Source: Octopus vulgaris
Lineage: Eukaryota
Reading direction: 5' to 3'
DNA length: 64,000 nt
Assembly (NCBI GenBank): GCA_951406725.2
Contig: OX597815.1
Span: 136,896,001 to 136,960,000 of the forward strand
Position numbers and translations under genes: made by a program. The notes below the pieces were generated by a model. It was not told the origin of the DNA. It searched no databases and saw only the letters and a list, made by a program, of their open reading frames with translations. Positions 25,530-39,921 of the stretch are shown here, one piece after another; position 1 is the first letter of the stretch; each line of letters starts with the position of its first letter.

Positions 25530-27034
25530 TGGTGATGTCTAAATTAATAGCGCCACCCGATAGGATTATCTAAATCCTTTTTAAATCAAGTATTGTTTGT
25601 GGTCCTTTGAAGTAGTGAGTTCTTGTTGAGTGAGTTGTATCCGGGCATGGGTGGCTTATCTGGTATTCCTTGAAGAAATCTGTCCAGACTCCATTTAAAG
25701 GTGATGGGAACCTTTTCCTCTTTGATCAGTTTTGGGAGAATATTAAACAGGGCTGGTGTTGAGTGTACCTATATGTTGTGATCCTGAATTGGGTAGGGAA
25801 CTCTGGACCGTGGTCTCAGCCTTGGATGAACCTTGAAACTAATGTTCAGGTCGTTTGGCAATGTTGTCGGTATATTCTCCACATCGTACAAATAATGTAC
25901 CACTCGCGGCGGCGCCGGAGAGAGTAGGGTTTCAAGGCTTTGAGGCGGTCCCAGTAATTGAGATCAGTCATGGCTTCAATTCATTTAATGAGTGCCCTCC
26001 GGGGTGATTCAATCCTCGAGATGTTTTGTTTTGTATGGGGAGACCACAAGGTATTCGAGGTGTGGCCGTACAAAGGAGAAAAATGGAATGACGACACCTT
26101 GTTCTCTGGACCGGAAAGTTCTTAAGATTCAGGAGCTTATCCTACGAGCTATATCGACCTTATTGTTGATGTGGGCACTTCCCCTGTGATTGTTAGCTAC
26201 AATTATACCCAGGTCTCTGATACTGTTAGATACAATGAGCGGTTCCCCTGAAGGAAGAGTGTATGACTGTTTTAGCATAGACTTTCTTTCAAAATGAATC
26301 AGCTCAAATTTTCCCTCGTTCAGTTGCATTTTGTTTTTGTCTGCCCATTGACTCACAGCATATAGATAATACTAGAGTTGAGTTCGGTCTGCTTCTTCAT
26401 TGATGATTTGCTGGAGCTTCGTGTCATAAGCAAATATTTTCACTTTGCAGTGACTTACGACGCTGGAAAGGTTATTATGTAAATTATACAGAGGAGCGGG
26501 CCCAAGACAGTCCCCTGAGGGACACCACTGGTGACTTTTCCTGGGCTTCAGTGGACCCCATCGACCACAACTTCTTGTGATCTATTCGCCAGTCTTTACT
26601 TTATCCAGTGTAGAAGTTTTCCACAGATTCCAATATTTGCCAATTTTGAGAGTAAGATATTGCCAACCCTGTCGAACGCTTTACTCAAGATATATAACAT
26701 CAGAATTCGAACCTATTCCCGAGGCTTTAAATTTTGTGGGAGATCTGTGTTAGACAGCCCCTGTCAAAGCCAAACCCATGATGATTTGCATTTAGGAGTT
26801 TGTGGGTCTCTAGGAAATCAGCTATCCTTGATCTTACAACTCCTTCAAACACTTTAATGATGTGGGAGGTGAGTGAGATTGGGCGATAGTTGATTACGCG
26901 GGATCTGTTTCCCTGCTTGAAATCCGGAATGACAGACTGGGATAGCAGCTGTTTCGGTATATAACCTGAGTCTAAACAATTTCTCCATAGGTTGGTCAGA
27001 GGGACTGCAAGTTGGTGTCTATATTCCTTCAGGA

Positions 27035-27037
<3 letters not shown>
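25530..27037 (-). mobile_element. CR1-group LINE fragment, copy 2 (older, many indels)
   Basis: NYRPISLTSHIIKVFE, MQLNEGKFELIHF; (TA)n on both sides. Confidence 0.93.
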
Positions 27038-27097
<60 letters not shown>

Positions 27098-27299
27098 CAG
27101 CACGGAATTTTGTCAGTGAACAGGTCTCGGTCTCAAAGCGACGAAAATGTTTTGACAAATTAAATTTAAATGTTGAAGTGAATCTAACGGTTTTTGTGTG
27201 TTTCTTAAATGGCTTATAAACACCTTCCACGCTGCAATTATTTTCGTTCCAGCACACGATCTCAGATCAGGTCACTTGCTACACAAGTACATCTTCGTA

Positions 27300-27355
<56 letters not shown>

Positions 27356-27366
27356 TTATATATATT

Positions 27367-27410
<44 letters not shown>

Positions 27411-27854
27411 ATAAGGGGGAAAATTGAATATCAATTCGATTAATATCAATTTAAAACTAGTGGTCTAGCATATAGAAAAATCTGAAGATACAGAAAATTT
27501 ATATTATGTACATATAAGAGTGATGACCACTAAGTGAACATCTCTTATGCTAGAATAATACCCCCTATGAACTTACCATCAAAAAAGGAATGTTCTCAAG
27601 AAAATTTAGCAAACGCCAAAACGTAAGCAAGCAAGCCAAATGAAACGATACAAAATATACAGATTAATCACAAACTAGTTTGTAGATGTCCGCAACTCGT
27701 CAGTATGATCGTCATAGCCAAATATAATTTGCAGAACTATACACGAGAATTCCACATGAGATTGAATATGTATAATAAAATCAATTCGATTTAAAATTAA
27801 ATCGATCTAAAATTAATTCTATTTAAAAATATAGTCACTCATCAGGTCTAAAAT

Positions 27855-28005
27855 AATGATGATAATAATAATAATAATAATAATAATAGTAATAATAATA
27901 ATAATGATAATAATAATAATAATAATGATAATAGTAATAATAATAATAATGATGATAAAAATAATGATCATCATCATCATCATCATAATAATAATAATAA
28001 TAATA
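27855..28005. repeat. (AAT)n/(CAT)n microsatellite
   Basis: Direct inspection. Confidence 0.95.
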
Positions 28006-28340
28006 GGATAAATGTAAGTATCTTAACTTATACTATATATATAGAAAAATACGTGTATTAACTATAAATAATCGAAAAACATTTAACAATATTTCTTAAA
28101 ATAAAAACATACCTTATCTTATTGAAGGATTTTTAGAATAAGGTTTTTATGGTGTATGTTTTCTATATGGTGTGAATAACATCTTTCATTATTGAATTGT
28201 TTAATAGCGGTTTATCTCTAAAATATATACATAGATTATATTTTGTGAAATTTGATTTAGAATTGCTAAAGTGAATCTTTCCCTGTAAGTTTGGAATTAT
28301 ATTCCCTACTATTATATATATATATATATATATACAGATA

Positions 28341-28376
<36 letters not shown>

Positions 28377-28403
28377 AAAGTGTACTACGCCGCTATATAT
28401 ATA

Positions 28404-29105
28404 TAGTGTATTAGTGGGTCTGTTTCTGTTTTAATGTGTTTTGGTGTAATGTTAAAGAGAGCGGGGCCAATTGAGGTGAAATAATTGTGCCGTATTGTTG
28501 TTATGAGATGAGAGTGCGATTTTTGTTTTGGGCGGATGGCACGGGGCCCAAGCCTTGGATGTACCTTAAAGGTGATGCCAACATCATTTGGGCAATGCTG
28601 ATGGAATATTTTCCACATCATGCAGATGATGTAGCGCTCACGACGACGTTGGAGAGAATAAAGTTTTAGCTTTTCTAGTCGACCCCAATAGTCGAGGCCT
28701 GTCATGCCATCTATCTTTTTTGTGATTGCCCTTTGAGGTGCTTCAACTTTTATGATACTTTGTTTTGTGTGGGGAGACCACAGTGGACAACAGTATTCAG
28801 GGTGGGGTCGGGCAAAAGTGGAGAAGAGAAGGATAATTGTGTGGATATCTCTCGACTGGAAAGTTCTGAGAATCCAGGAACACATTCTGCGGGTCACGTC
28901 AACTTTGGTGTTTATATGAGTGGCCCAGCTTATGTTGTTGTCCACAATTACTCCCAAGTATCTGATGTTGTTGGATGCCACGAGAGTTTCACCTGAAGGA
29001 AGGGAGTATGGGAGTTTCAGGGCATCCTCTTTTCCAAAGTGGATTAACTCAAATTTATCCTCGTTCAACAGTATATTATTTTTTCTGCCCATTGGATAAC
29101 AGCCA

Positions 29106-29107
<2 letters not shown>
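28404..29107 (-). mobile_element. CR1-group LINE fragment, copy 3 (divergent sister family)
   Basis: [35 protein letters not shown]; (TA)n on both sides. Confidence 0.92.
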
Positions 29108-29354
<247 letters not shown>

Positions 29355-29461
29355 TTAGATAAAACTTAGATATGTTTCGACCAGAGATTGGTCCAGGCCA
29401 TGTCTAACTTAATAGCACCACCTGATAGGATTATTCGAATCCTGTTTAAGTCAAGTTTTGT

Positions 29462-32400
29462 TCAAGTAGTGAGTTCTTGTTGGGTGAGTTGTATCCAGTT
29501 TTGTTCAAGTAGTGAGTTCTTGTTGGGTGAGTTGTATCCAATTATGGGTGGCTTATCTGGTATTCTTTGAAGGAATCTATCCAGACTCTGTTTGAAGTTG
29601 ATGGGATCCTTTTCCTCTTTGATCTCCCTCGGGACAATGTTAAATAGGGCAGGGCCTGTTGAGGAAAAGAAATTATGTTGCAGTGTACATGTATGTTGTG
29701 ATCTTGAATTTGGCAGGGGACGTATACCGTGGTCCAAGTCTCGGATGAACCTTGAAGCTAATGTTTAGGTCGTTTGGGCAAAGTTGGCGGTATATTTTCC
29801 ACATCGTACAAATGATGTACCGCTCACGGCGACGCTGGAGGGAGTAAAGTTTCAAGGCTTTAAGGCGATCCCAATAATCGAGAGCAGCCATGCCTTCAAT
29901 TTGTTTAGTGAGAGCCCTCTGGGGTGACTCAATTCTGGAGATGTTTTGTCTTGTGTGAGGAGACCACAGTGGGCAGCAGTATTCAAGGTGTGGCCGTACA
30001 AAGGATGAAAAAAGTGGTATGATGACACCTTGTTCTCTGGACCGGAAAGTTCTTAAGATCCAGGAACTCATCCTACGAGCTGTATCGACCTTCTTGTTGA
30101 TGTGTGCACTCCAACTGAGATCGTCATCAACAATTACACCCAGGTCTCTGATATTGTTAGAGGCTGTGAGCGGTTCCCCTGAAGGAAGAGAGTATGGTTG
30201 TTTTAGTGAGGAATTTCTTCCAAAATGCATCAGCTCAAATTTTCCCTCATTCAGTTGCATTTTGTTTCTGTCTGCCCATTGACTCACAGCATATAGGTCA
30301 GACTGGAGTTGAGTTCGGTCTGCTTCTTCATTGACGATTTGCTGGAGCTTAGTGTCATCAGCGAATATTTTCACTTTGCAGTGATGTACGACACTGGAAA
30401 GGTCGTTTACATAAATTATGAAGAGTAGCGGACCCAAAACAGTTCCCTGGGGAACACCGCTGGTGACTTTTGCTGGGTTTGAGTGGACTCCATCAACTAC
30501 AACATGTTGTGTTCTATTCGCTAGGAAATACTGAATCCAGTGTAGAACTTTTCCACGGATTCCAACATTTGCCAATTTTGAGAGTAGGATGTTATGGTCT
30601 ACCCTGTCGAACGCTTTACTGAAGTCAAGGTATATGACGTCAGAGTTCGAACCTGTTCCCAAGGCTTTGAGTACATCTTCAATGTGGTGTAAGAGCTGTG
30701 TTAGACAGTCCCTGCCACAGCGAAAGCCATGTTGATTTGAATTTAGGAGTTTGTGGGTCTCCAGGAAGTCAGCTATCCTTGATCTTAACACTCTTTCAAA
30801 CACTTTAATGATGTGGGAGGTGAGTGAGATTGGGCGATAGTTGACTGCGAGGGATCTGTTTCCCTGTTTGAAAACCGGGATGACCGACTGGGATAGAAAC
30901 TTTTTCGGTATATAACCTGCGTCTAACGAGTTTCTCCAGAGGTTGGTCAGAGGGACTGCAAGTTGATATCTACATTCCTTCAGGAGACTGGCGGGAAATC
31001 TATCAGGGCCTACAGCGGAGTAATGTTTGACCTCATTTATTGCTGCTACGATGTCGGTGGCAGTGAAGGTTATGTCTGCGATTTTGTGTTGGGAGTCAGC
31101 TTCGTTCGTTTCCCTCACATCAATATCAGTGGGAACACTGAAGACAGAGCAATATTGTTTCTGCAGTATTTCTGCCATTTCTTTAGCATCGTGTTGGGGA
31201 ATGCCGTTTTCATCAATCAATGGCCCAATAGGTGAGACAGTGGTTCTATGCTTATTTGCATAAGAATAGAACACTTTTGGGTTCTGTTTGATGTTTTTGA
31301 TTACCCATTGTTCCTCCACAGCTCTTTGATTTTCAATGGAGGTTTTCATGTTAGTCTGCAGATGAAGTTTTTCCAGCTCTAGTCTTTTCATTGTTGTTGA
31401 ATGTGGATGTTGCGTGTGGGAATATTTTAATTGGTTGATTTTTTTGTTGAGTCTTTTGATGCGCCTGATGAGTGTTTTTTTCTTTTTAGGGAGCCGGTTT
31501 CTGTTTGTGTTAGTAGATTTCTTGGGAGCGTGTTTAGAGCATGTGTCGGTGACAATGGTTTCAAAGTGCTGCCACGCGGTCTCAATATGAGGGGAATTGA
31601 GAGTAAAAGACCAGTCGATGGAAGACAGATCCTTTCTGATTGTTCCCCAGTCCGCTTTGTGGAAATTTATGTTGTCAAATGGGTGCCATGGAGTGGGATT
31701 GGCTGGTTTGGTTTTTATACGTCGGGAATTAAGATTGCAGAGTACCATGTCGTGGTCTGAGAGGAGAGTTTTTTCGACTGAAATGCTGTGAACGTAGCTA
31801 GAGTGATTGGTCAGTACCAGATCCAAGATCGTTTTATTCTGTCTCGTTGGTTCAAGCACTAGCTGAGTCAGGAAATACTCATCCATCAGATTAAAGAGCA
31901 GTTCTGCTGCTGCCCTATCTGATGTAGAGCACTTGCCTAACTTCGGAGTATTTGTGGGCCAGTTCACATGAGGGAGGTTAAAATCACCCATCACTATTAT
32001 GTTTCCGGAGTGGTACTTCCGAAGGAAGGACTTGACTTTGCTAAGGCACTCTTCAAAGTACTTTAGAGGTGCCTGGGGAGGCCTGTAAAGACCAACAATG
32101 GTTATGTCCTTGGCTTTGTTGTATACTGATACCGATTCACAGTAGCCATTGGAAAATGTGTCCTTGGCATCAAGTGAAAAGGAGTCATGGATAAAGATGG
32201 CTGTCCCTCCCTTATTTCGGTCTGTGCGATCCGCACGAACAATGGTGAAATCTTTTATTTTCACCTCTGCGTCCATATGGGTGTTGTTCAGGTGAGTCTC
32301 GGTAAGGATAAAGAAAGGGAAGCAATGTGCCATTTCGGCAAGCCAACTCTCTATATATGGGATCTTCCATTTTTGGGCAATAATTGATGGGTTGATGCCA

Positions 32401-32468
32401 CGTACATTTAACAGGAATGTCGAGGTAAGGGAAGTTGGTAATGGGTGAGTGGTCCTTGTGATTTGCAT
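29462..32468 (-). CDS. LINE ORF2: apurinic-like endonuclease + reverse transcriptase, one frameshift near 29730
   Basis: LNVRGI, LTETHL, GLYRPP, MGDFNLP, LDLVLTN, SDHD (APE); YRPISLTS, YLDFSKAFD, GVPQGTVLGP, FADD (RT); C-terminus continues in ORF 29462-29737. Confidence 0.93.
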
Positions 32469-33678
32469 AGATGGTTGGTGATGGCTCGCTGGATCTCCTG
32501 GCTTAGGTCGGCCTTCATATTTTCCAGGTATGTCAGTAAAAAAGAGTTACTTGTTTGGTTTGCCACTTGGTCAGAGGATACATATTTCAAGTTGGCGTTA
32601 TTTGGTGTTTTTTCCTGGTTCTGTCTACGTAGTTTGATTGTAGGAGGGGAAACGTGGTTGTATTTTGTTCTTGTTGTTGTCCTAGATTTCCTCTGTTCCT
32701 GTTCATATCTATTCTGTGATCGTTTTGTGCCCTTCAGATGGTGGTTGTTGCATTCTGGGTTCAGGCACATCCTTTGTGAGACAGAAGTTTGGCACAGTTT
32801 AGGATGGAATAAGGTGCATCCATTGCCTCTTATGCATCCGTATTTAGGGTCAGAACCATAGATTCTGTATTTAGGACAGTATTTGGGGTGGAGGTGGGGG
32901 CAATTTTTTCCTGTTATACCGTATGGACAGGTGCCCATAGCAAGTCTACGACATAAGGTCGGGTGGGGAAAAGCACAGCGTCCATTTTTGTTTGTGCCGC
33001 TGGGGCCAAATCTACAAGTGCCTTTAGAATAGTAACGGCAGGGGTTTTATTTGGTTGTAGTAGTGGTTTTTCTATTTTGGCAGTAGTAGTAGTGGTGGTG
33101 GTGGTGGTGGTGTTAGAAGCAGCTTGTTGATTTTGTGATGGTGGGTTCTGGCTTGCCAGTATGTGGTCAAATCTGCAGCTGCCTTGAGAGTAGTAGTGGC
33201 AGATGGTTTTACGCGGATGTAGTAGTGATTTTCCTATTGTGGCAGTAGTGGGGAGTTGTAGCAGCATTGGAACTTGACTAGTGGTAGTATTAGAGTGTTG
33301 TTGTTGTTGTTTTTGTTGCTGTAGCGAAGGTGAGACTTGACTTGGTTCATCAGGTGCTGTTGTCAATGGAAGTAGGTCAGTTGATTGTTGCTGTTGAAGT
33401 GACCACTGACCTGTTGGGATTTGGTCATTTGTTGTACTGGATTCGTTGGCAAGAATGGCTTTTAGTGTAGCCATGTGCGCGTGAAAAATAGGGAATATCC
33501 TAACAATTTCTTTTAATTTATTTTCTATCTGTTTTACAGATCTGTGAAAGGATTTTTTCGTTAAATCCTCAGTTATTTTGCTATAAACATTAGCTTCGTT
33601 GTGATGGATGAACCAAGCGTTAATCATTGCAGTAATTTCATTTTCAACCCAGCGGCGTTTTTGAAAATTATTGGCCAT
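32408..33678 (-). CDS. LINE ORF1: Myb/SANT-like N-terminus, Q/T-rich linker, tandem CCCH-type zinc fingers; one frameshift near 33042
   Basis: MANNFQKRRWVENEITAMINAW...RSVKQIENKLKEI; CHYYSQGSCRF; after the shift CRYYSKGTCRFG...CAFPH, CRRLAMGTCPYG...CPHLH, CPKY...GCIRGNGCTLFH. Confidence 0.8.
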
Positions 33679-34246
33679 ATTCAGTGGGGTAGTGTTGTGT
33701 AATATATATATGTATGTATGTGTATGCGTGTGTATGTATGTGTACACCAGTTATTGATGGCTTGATGTAAAATAGTGAACACACTGTTGAAAAGTTTGTG
33801 TCGATATACTCGGTAAATAGTGAATACACCGTTGGAAAGTTTGTGTCGATATACTCGGAAATTCGTGGCTTGTGTGTGTGAGAGTTCAGTGTAATTAGTA
33901 CAATCTAATTAGTACAATCGGGATGAGCGGTGTGTTTGATACAGACCAAGAAAAAAGAATTGTACTCACGGGACTAGTTTTAGAACTAGTCTTGGGTTTA
34001 GTATTTAGTTTTGGGTTGTTCCTCTTTCTTCAGGTTGTATATAGATTTGTATAAATTTATCCTCCGATGGTAGTAAAAGAGTAGTATAGTAGGATTGTAG
34101 AGTTCAAAAGTCTTGAGATTAAAGACAAGGAGAGATTATGTTAGCTTGAGTTGAGTTGAGTTGAGTTAAATTGAGTTGAAAAATGCTTCTTTGGTTAGTT
34201 ACTGACGGGAGCTATAAAAAGTACGTCTTGTCACGACGACTGCCTG

Positions 34247-34279
<33 letters not shown>

Positions 34280-34311
34280 CATATATATACATATACATAT
34301 ATACATATATT

Positions 34312-34343
<32 letters not shown>

Positions 34344-35329
34344 ATATATTTACATGCATACACCTTATCAACAAACATCTACAAATATTCATATATATAT
34401 CTTCATTGTTCATACAGACATAAACATTAACAATTTTATGCTCTTTTATGTCCGTGTGAGTCTAGAATATATTGTGTACATTTGTTTTAATTCCGGCGAA
34501 ATCTATTAAGATTACGATAACAAAAAAAAAGGAGACATTACATTTATCCTTCTATTAAATGGAACTGAAATATTTTAGAGATTGCTTTTTTTTCCCTCAA
34601 AGTACCATTATTGAACAATATATTATGACTAAAATCAAATCATTTCTTGTGAACTTGTTTTGTATTCGTTACATTAAGTATCAAATCTGATTTCCTTAAT
34701 TAAATAGACATATAGTCTCTGGATAACGTACCATAATCTGGACGGAGACAACACTAATATAAAATTATTCGATAATAATGTGAGGAAATATAGGGCAAAC
34801 AATTTTCATTGCGATAACTCTCATGCAAGTGTTCAAATCTGAAATATATTTCTGGTTCAAATAATAAAACACTGAACGTACACTGTTTCTGACTTGGTGT
34901 TCTTGAAATGGTCGCTACGTGTTTATGTATTAAGTGCTGGATATTTCTCCTCATCCCCACGATTATTCATGTTCGTCAGAAGGCAGGTTTGTAGGGCGAA
35001 TGATGGGACACAGCACATAATTGTGGAATATAAGTAGAAATCTTGTGAAGGAGAACGAGGTCATCCGATTTATAAATATAGCCAGTAATGATATCATTTT
35101 GTTTTTAGTAGAGATATGCGCTACTGCCCGGTAGAGTAGAACTATATAGAACCTATTTAAAAGGTAGGGCAATCATTTGTCAGAGTCGATAGAGAGTTGG
35201 AGTGATTGTTCAGGTTATTTGCTTTCTGAGTTGTAGCTTCCCAATCTTTTGATGTCAAATGCAGGTTGTTTACTTTTCCGCGCGTGTGTGTGTGTGTCTG
35301 TGTGTCTGTGTGTCTGTAAAATAATGATA

Positions 35330-35505
35330 TCGAATTTGGGCACAAGGCCAGTAATTTCAGAGGAAAAGCTAGTCGACTGCATTGACTCCAGTCGTCAAAC
35401 TGGCACTTATTTTATCGACCCTGCAAAGTCGGCCTAGGAGGATCTTGAACTCAGGTCGTGAAGACAGACAAAATGCCGTTAATCGTTTTGTCCGGCGTCC
35501 AAACA
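35330..35505 (-). mobile_element. Degraded SINE family A
   Basis: GGCACAAGGCCAG, ACTTATTTTATCGACCC, TTGAACTCAG. Confidence 0.65.
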
Positions 35506-35577
35506 GTAATTGCCAATGTTTATAAATTGAGTAGCTTCAGAAAACTGTAGTTACTACTTTACATGCTTATAAGTATT

Positions 35578-35581
<4 letters not shown>

Positions 35582-35640
<59 letters not shown>
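35582..35640. repeat. (CT)n microsatellite
   Basis: Direct inspection. Confidence 0.97.
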
Positions 35641-35641
<1 letters not shown>

Positions 35642-37435
35642 ATTGAAAACGCACGCTGCACTGAGAGAAGTTGGAGACGAACTGTCTATAGTGTTCCTTT
35701 CTTCCCAAAAATGGAAGACGTTTGGTAATGAAGCTAGCAAACATTGCGTATCTTGCCTAGTGAAAAAGCGTTCAATTAAACCAGGGTACATGTCTAGCAA
35801 AATTATAAATCTACAGCACAGAGGTGCGAGATATTCAATCCAAATTAGAGACACGTGCCTATGAGAAGTCACCTTTTCTAGAAAAGCACGAACACATTTT
35901 TAATTCACCATTATTAATCGTTGTTTGAACTATGGAAAAGGAACATTGTTTTATGCAAAAAGAATGTAAATACTTATTTGCCTAAGAAATCGCAGATCTG
36001 CAATCAGGAGAAACTGATATTCAACTTGACTAAAATATGAGATCATTTATGGTAGACACTTAAATTATGTTACGAGTATATGATATTCTCCGAAACATTG
36101 TGTTTATCGCCCTCCTGTACATTTCAGTACATGGTGGAGGTAAGGGTTTTAGTTAAAGAAACTGATAAATATACAAACCAATACCTAAAGTTAAAATGGC
36201 AGAGTAATCACTGAAATGTCGTATATCCCTCGATCTTAACGCGTAATATTGTCTGTGAGTAGTTTACGTGTACTCTCAGAGTATTAATTTGAAAGCAATG
36301 CGGTTATTGCATATCCTTGTTTCCCCACATGAGATTTTCATTCAAATAATTTTAAATCTCTTCAAAAGAGAACCAAAACGTTCAGCGACAAGTGGAGCAG
36401 TAAGGAGAAACGAGAAAGATTTTGATGGTATAAGAAAAAGTTATTTCATAACCTTTCCTCAATATATTTTTGGTATATTTTATCTTGTTTCCTAAGAATG
36501 ATCGAATACAAGAAGTTGCCATATATATTTAAGCTAGGAATTCATATTTATTTGCCATCTAAGGCGTAAGATATAGACACATGCTTCAATCACTTAAAGA
36601 GGAGTCTGTGCTGGAAATGTTGAACGCAAACACGAGTATAGGAAATAGAAGTAGATTGAAATGGCGTTTTATAAGTTCTGATTATCATTCTGTCTGCAGT
36701 GTAACGTGTAACTAACATGTGACAATGATACCAACTTGTATGTAGATTTCAAAACAGCAAGCTGCTAACATTGCCACGTGTTCTTTGATACAGACTTCCG
36801 TTTCTTCTATACAAGAACTAGAATTATATATAATCGTTATCTGATAAATTGCCAATTAAAATTTACATACCGTTTCTATTTTAAATTCATTCATTATTTT
36901 GAATAACAATTTCTATTCACAAGTTTGATTTATTTATAATTTGATGTCCGAACGATCGATCGAAATGAAACCAACTTATTTCATATACAGAAAATGGTGA
37001 GATAAATGAATAACAACAGTAGCTTGGTTACAAATAACTAGCTACATCATTTCATCAATAATTATGGAGACTTTGTGTCAGAAATACCAAAGTATCGTGC
37101 TGATACTAATTTCACCGTATACTATACGGATTAAAGACTACTGGAGCTGATATCAGGCAAGAAATTGTTGATGAAGACCGAACATTATATATACATACCA
37201 CAAAGGTTTCATACAAGGGGTCATGGCACTTATGTCGATACATTTAAACGAAGTGGAGGCACATTCCTTATAAATGTCTATCTATAACTATGTATTTCCC
37301 TTTCCTTCCTTCAATCTTTTTCCCTTTCTCCGTCTACTTATGGACGGACGCACATACACATATGTACTACACACACACACACACACTCAGACACAAATAG
37401 GCTTTATTCGTGGAACAGCTAGACTACCATTGGTT

Positions 37436-37495
<60 letters not shown>

Positions 37496-37992
37496 GCATT
37501 TCTGTGACTTACTACCCTTTTCACAGCCGCCTTATGCGGTTGATTTCTTGTGTGTGGTGTGATTTTATATTACTGATCTTGCATGTACTTTTTTCTTAGT
37601 TGTTGGTTCATTTTCTGCATGAGCCACACCAGTAGAAATGCATCTCGTGTTGACATATAGAACTAAAAAAAAAAACGAAGTATCAGTAATAGACAAATAG
37701 CTGGCGGGCTGAGTAAAAATTCGTTGTTAGCGATGTTATGCGTTTACGAGATTAATGACTGGTTAGTCACTGTTTTTCTACATATAATTTGAGCGGAAAT
37801 TTGTGTAAACATATCGCGATGGTGGATAAATATTTCTAATGAAGAGCAAATACGCAGAATTCTCATGAAATGGCATTTATATCTCAGTTACTGGACAATT
37901 TTCATCTACTACTGATACATCTTTGCTTTTTAGCACTAAGCATCTATACGACATTCATTCTCATGACGAATATTGCAGTGTCTTGGCTTTCT

Positions 37993-38668
37993 TGTAAAAT
38001 GAGGTGACGATGCCCGTGGACTACCTTAGAAATCCCTATCTTACAAGGTGTCGTTGCTAGGGCCAGAAACACACTTTGACAAGTCCACTCCCGTTCTTCA
38101 ATGTATCTGTCTTCCTCAACTCACTCTCGCTATTTCCTCTCTTCCCAGCACTTTTTCACTCACTCTATTTCATACATTCCCATCACTTTCACTTCCTCAA
38201 ACGGCCTTCTTTTATGTATCTGTCTGCATTCATAGAGAGAATTACCATCGCCACATCCAACACACAATCATGACAACAAATATTATGAATCTCACCATCG
38301 CATTCTATTGTCTGCCTGTCAACGCGCCGATGGAGCAAATACAAACAGAACACACCAACGAGCGTTCGTGTTCTGGCGATAATGTAGGTTTTTCGTATCT
38401 ATAACATTTTAACATTTATTTAGAACCCTGCAAATTTTTCGTGCTAAATTTTCATTTTTTACTACTTTATTATTTTTTCTTAAATTGATGCTTTTATTGA
38501 AATTAATTCTAATTGTCTGGGTCAACAGTTCGTTTCCTCAGAGGATATGGAAATTCCTATTACCCGTCAGAGAAATAACTCCAGCAGCACACAACTATTT
38601 CAACAAAGACAAGGTTACCTGCTTACCAGTCGAATTCAGCGTCAACGCTCACGTATGAGAGACACTCC

Positions 38669-38726
<58 letters not shown>

Positions 38727-39921
38727 CATATACGTATATATAATGTATGCATTATGTGGTCGGTTGAGCTGAAAATATGCAGACCTATGTTAAAAGTGCT
38801 GGCAAGTTTGCATGACAACTATTTTTTTCCTCAAATGAAGCGCGTGACCTCTAGGACAAAATTCCTCATCTTATAAAATGTGGCCCCAGTAGACCCGAAT
38901 GAAATCGGGTTATATTAACCAAAATGTGAAAAGGGGTCTAAATGGGACTGGAAAGGGATTAAAATTTAAAGGAGCGGGTGTTTAGGAATTCTCTGTTACA
39001 TCAAGCTAAAAAATTTGCGCCAGCCTTTTAATCGTCAATGTGTTGCCGTCCATGATGAAGAAGTTTTGAATGCTTGCCATGGTGAGTCTACTGTCGTGAG
39101 AAAGAATCACTTCAAAACTTGGTGTTTACGAATTTTCTTTTACATCAAGCTCAAAATTTTACGCCAGCCGTTAAACTGTCAATACGTTGCTGTCCGTCGT
39201 TAAGAAATGCCAGCCATTGTGACTCTACTATCCTCAGATTCTATCCCTTCAAACTTTGGTTTCCAATATTTTATTATTTTTATTCAGCACGCAAGTTCGT
39301 CTGTCCCTTTTAAATGTTAGTGTTTTGCTGTCTGCCTTGAAGCAGACCTTTCCGTTGTTACTGCCTGATATTTATGATTGATCTTTCTAAATATTTTATT
39401 TCTCAACTTACTCAAGATCTTTTGTTGTTTATAAATGGGAGAGAGATAAAGATAGAGAGTAAGAGAAAGCGAGGAAGAGTCCGAGATAAAGGAAGAGTAA
39501 GAGAGTGGGGAAAGTGAGAGAGAAAGGAGAGAGAAACAAAGAGGGAGAATCATCATCATCGTTTAACGTCCGTTTTGCGTGCTAGCACGGGTTGGACAGT
39601 TTGACCGGGGTCTGGGAAGCCAGGAGGCTCCACCAGGCTCCAGTCTGATCTGGCAATGTTTCTACAGGTGGATGCTCTTCCTAACGCCAACCATTCCAAG
39701 AGCGTAGTGGGTGCTTTTTTCGTGCCACCGGCACAGGTGCCAGGGGGGCTGGCAGCGGCCACGATCGGTTGGTGCTTTTTACGTGCCACCGGCACAGAAG
39801 CCAGTCAAGGCGACACTGCAATCGGTCATGTTCGGATAGCGCTTTTTACGTGCTGAAAGGAAGCAACAGAAAGTAACAACCACACTCTTACCCGCGCGTA
39901 GAGCGGGTCACCTTCAGATAG
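37993..39921 (+). mobile_element. Non-autonomous Helitron unit H1 (5' about 90 bp missing)
   Basis: Homologous to 40013-41904; 3' hairpin ACCCGC-gcgtaga-GCGGGT then ATAG (mutated CTAG). Confidence 0.75.
39549..39855 (-). mobile_element. Retroposon (SINE-like) 3' end with (GAT)n tail inside the Helitron; second copy 41524-41838
   Basis: CATCATCATCGTTTAACGTCCG...GGATGCTCTTCCTAACGCCAACC at the same position in both units. Confidence 0.7.

Noticed and set aside
27670-27720. Minus-strand CTGACGAG...AAAC, possible Penelope-type hammerhead remnant
   Set aside because: The GAAA box is broken and the stems are unconvincing; no Penelope ORF nearby
30019-32861. Plus-strand ORFs overlapping the LINE
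   Set aside because: Antisense shadows of ORF1 and ORF2
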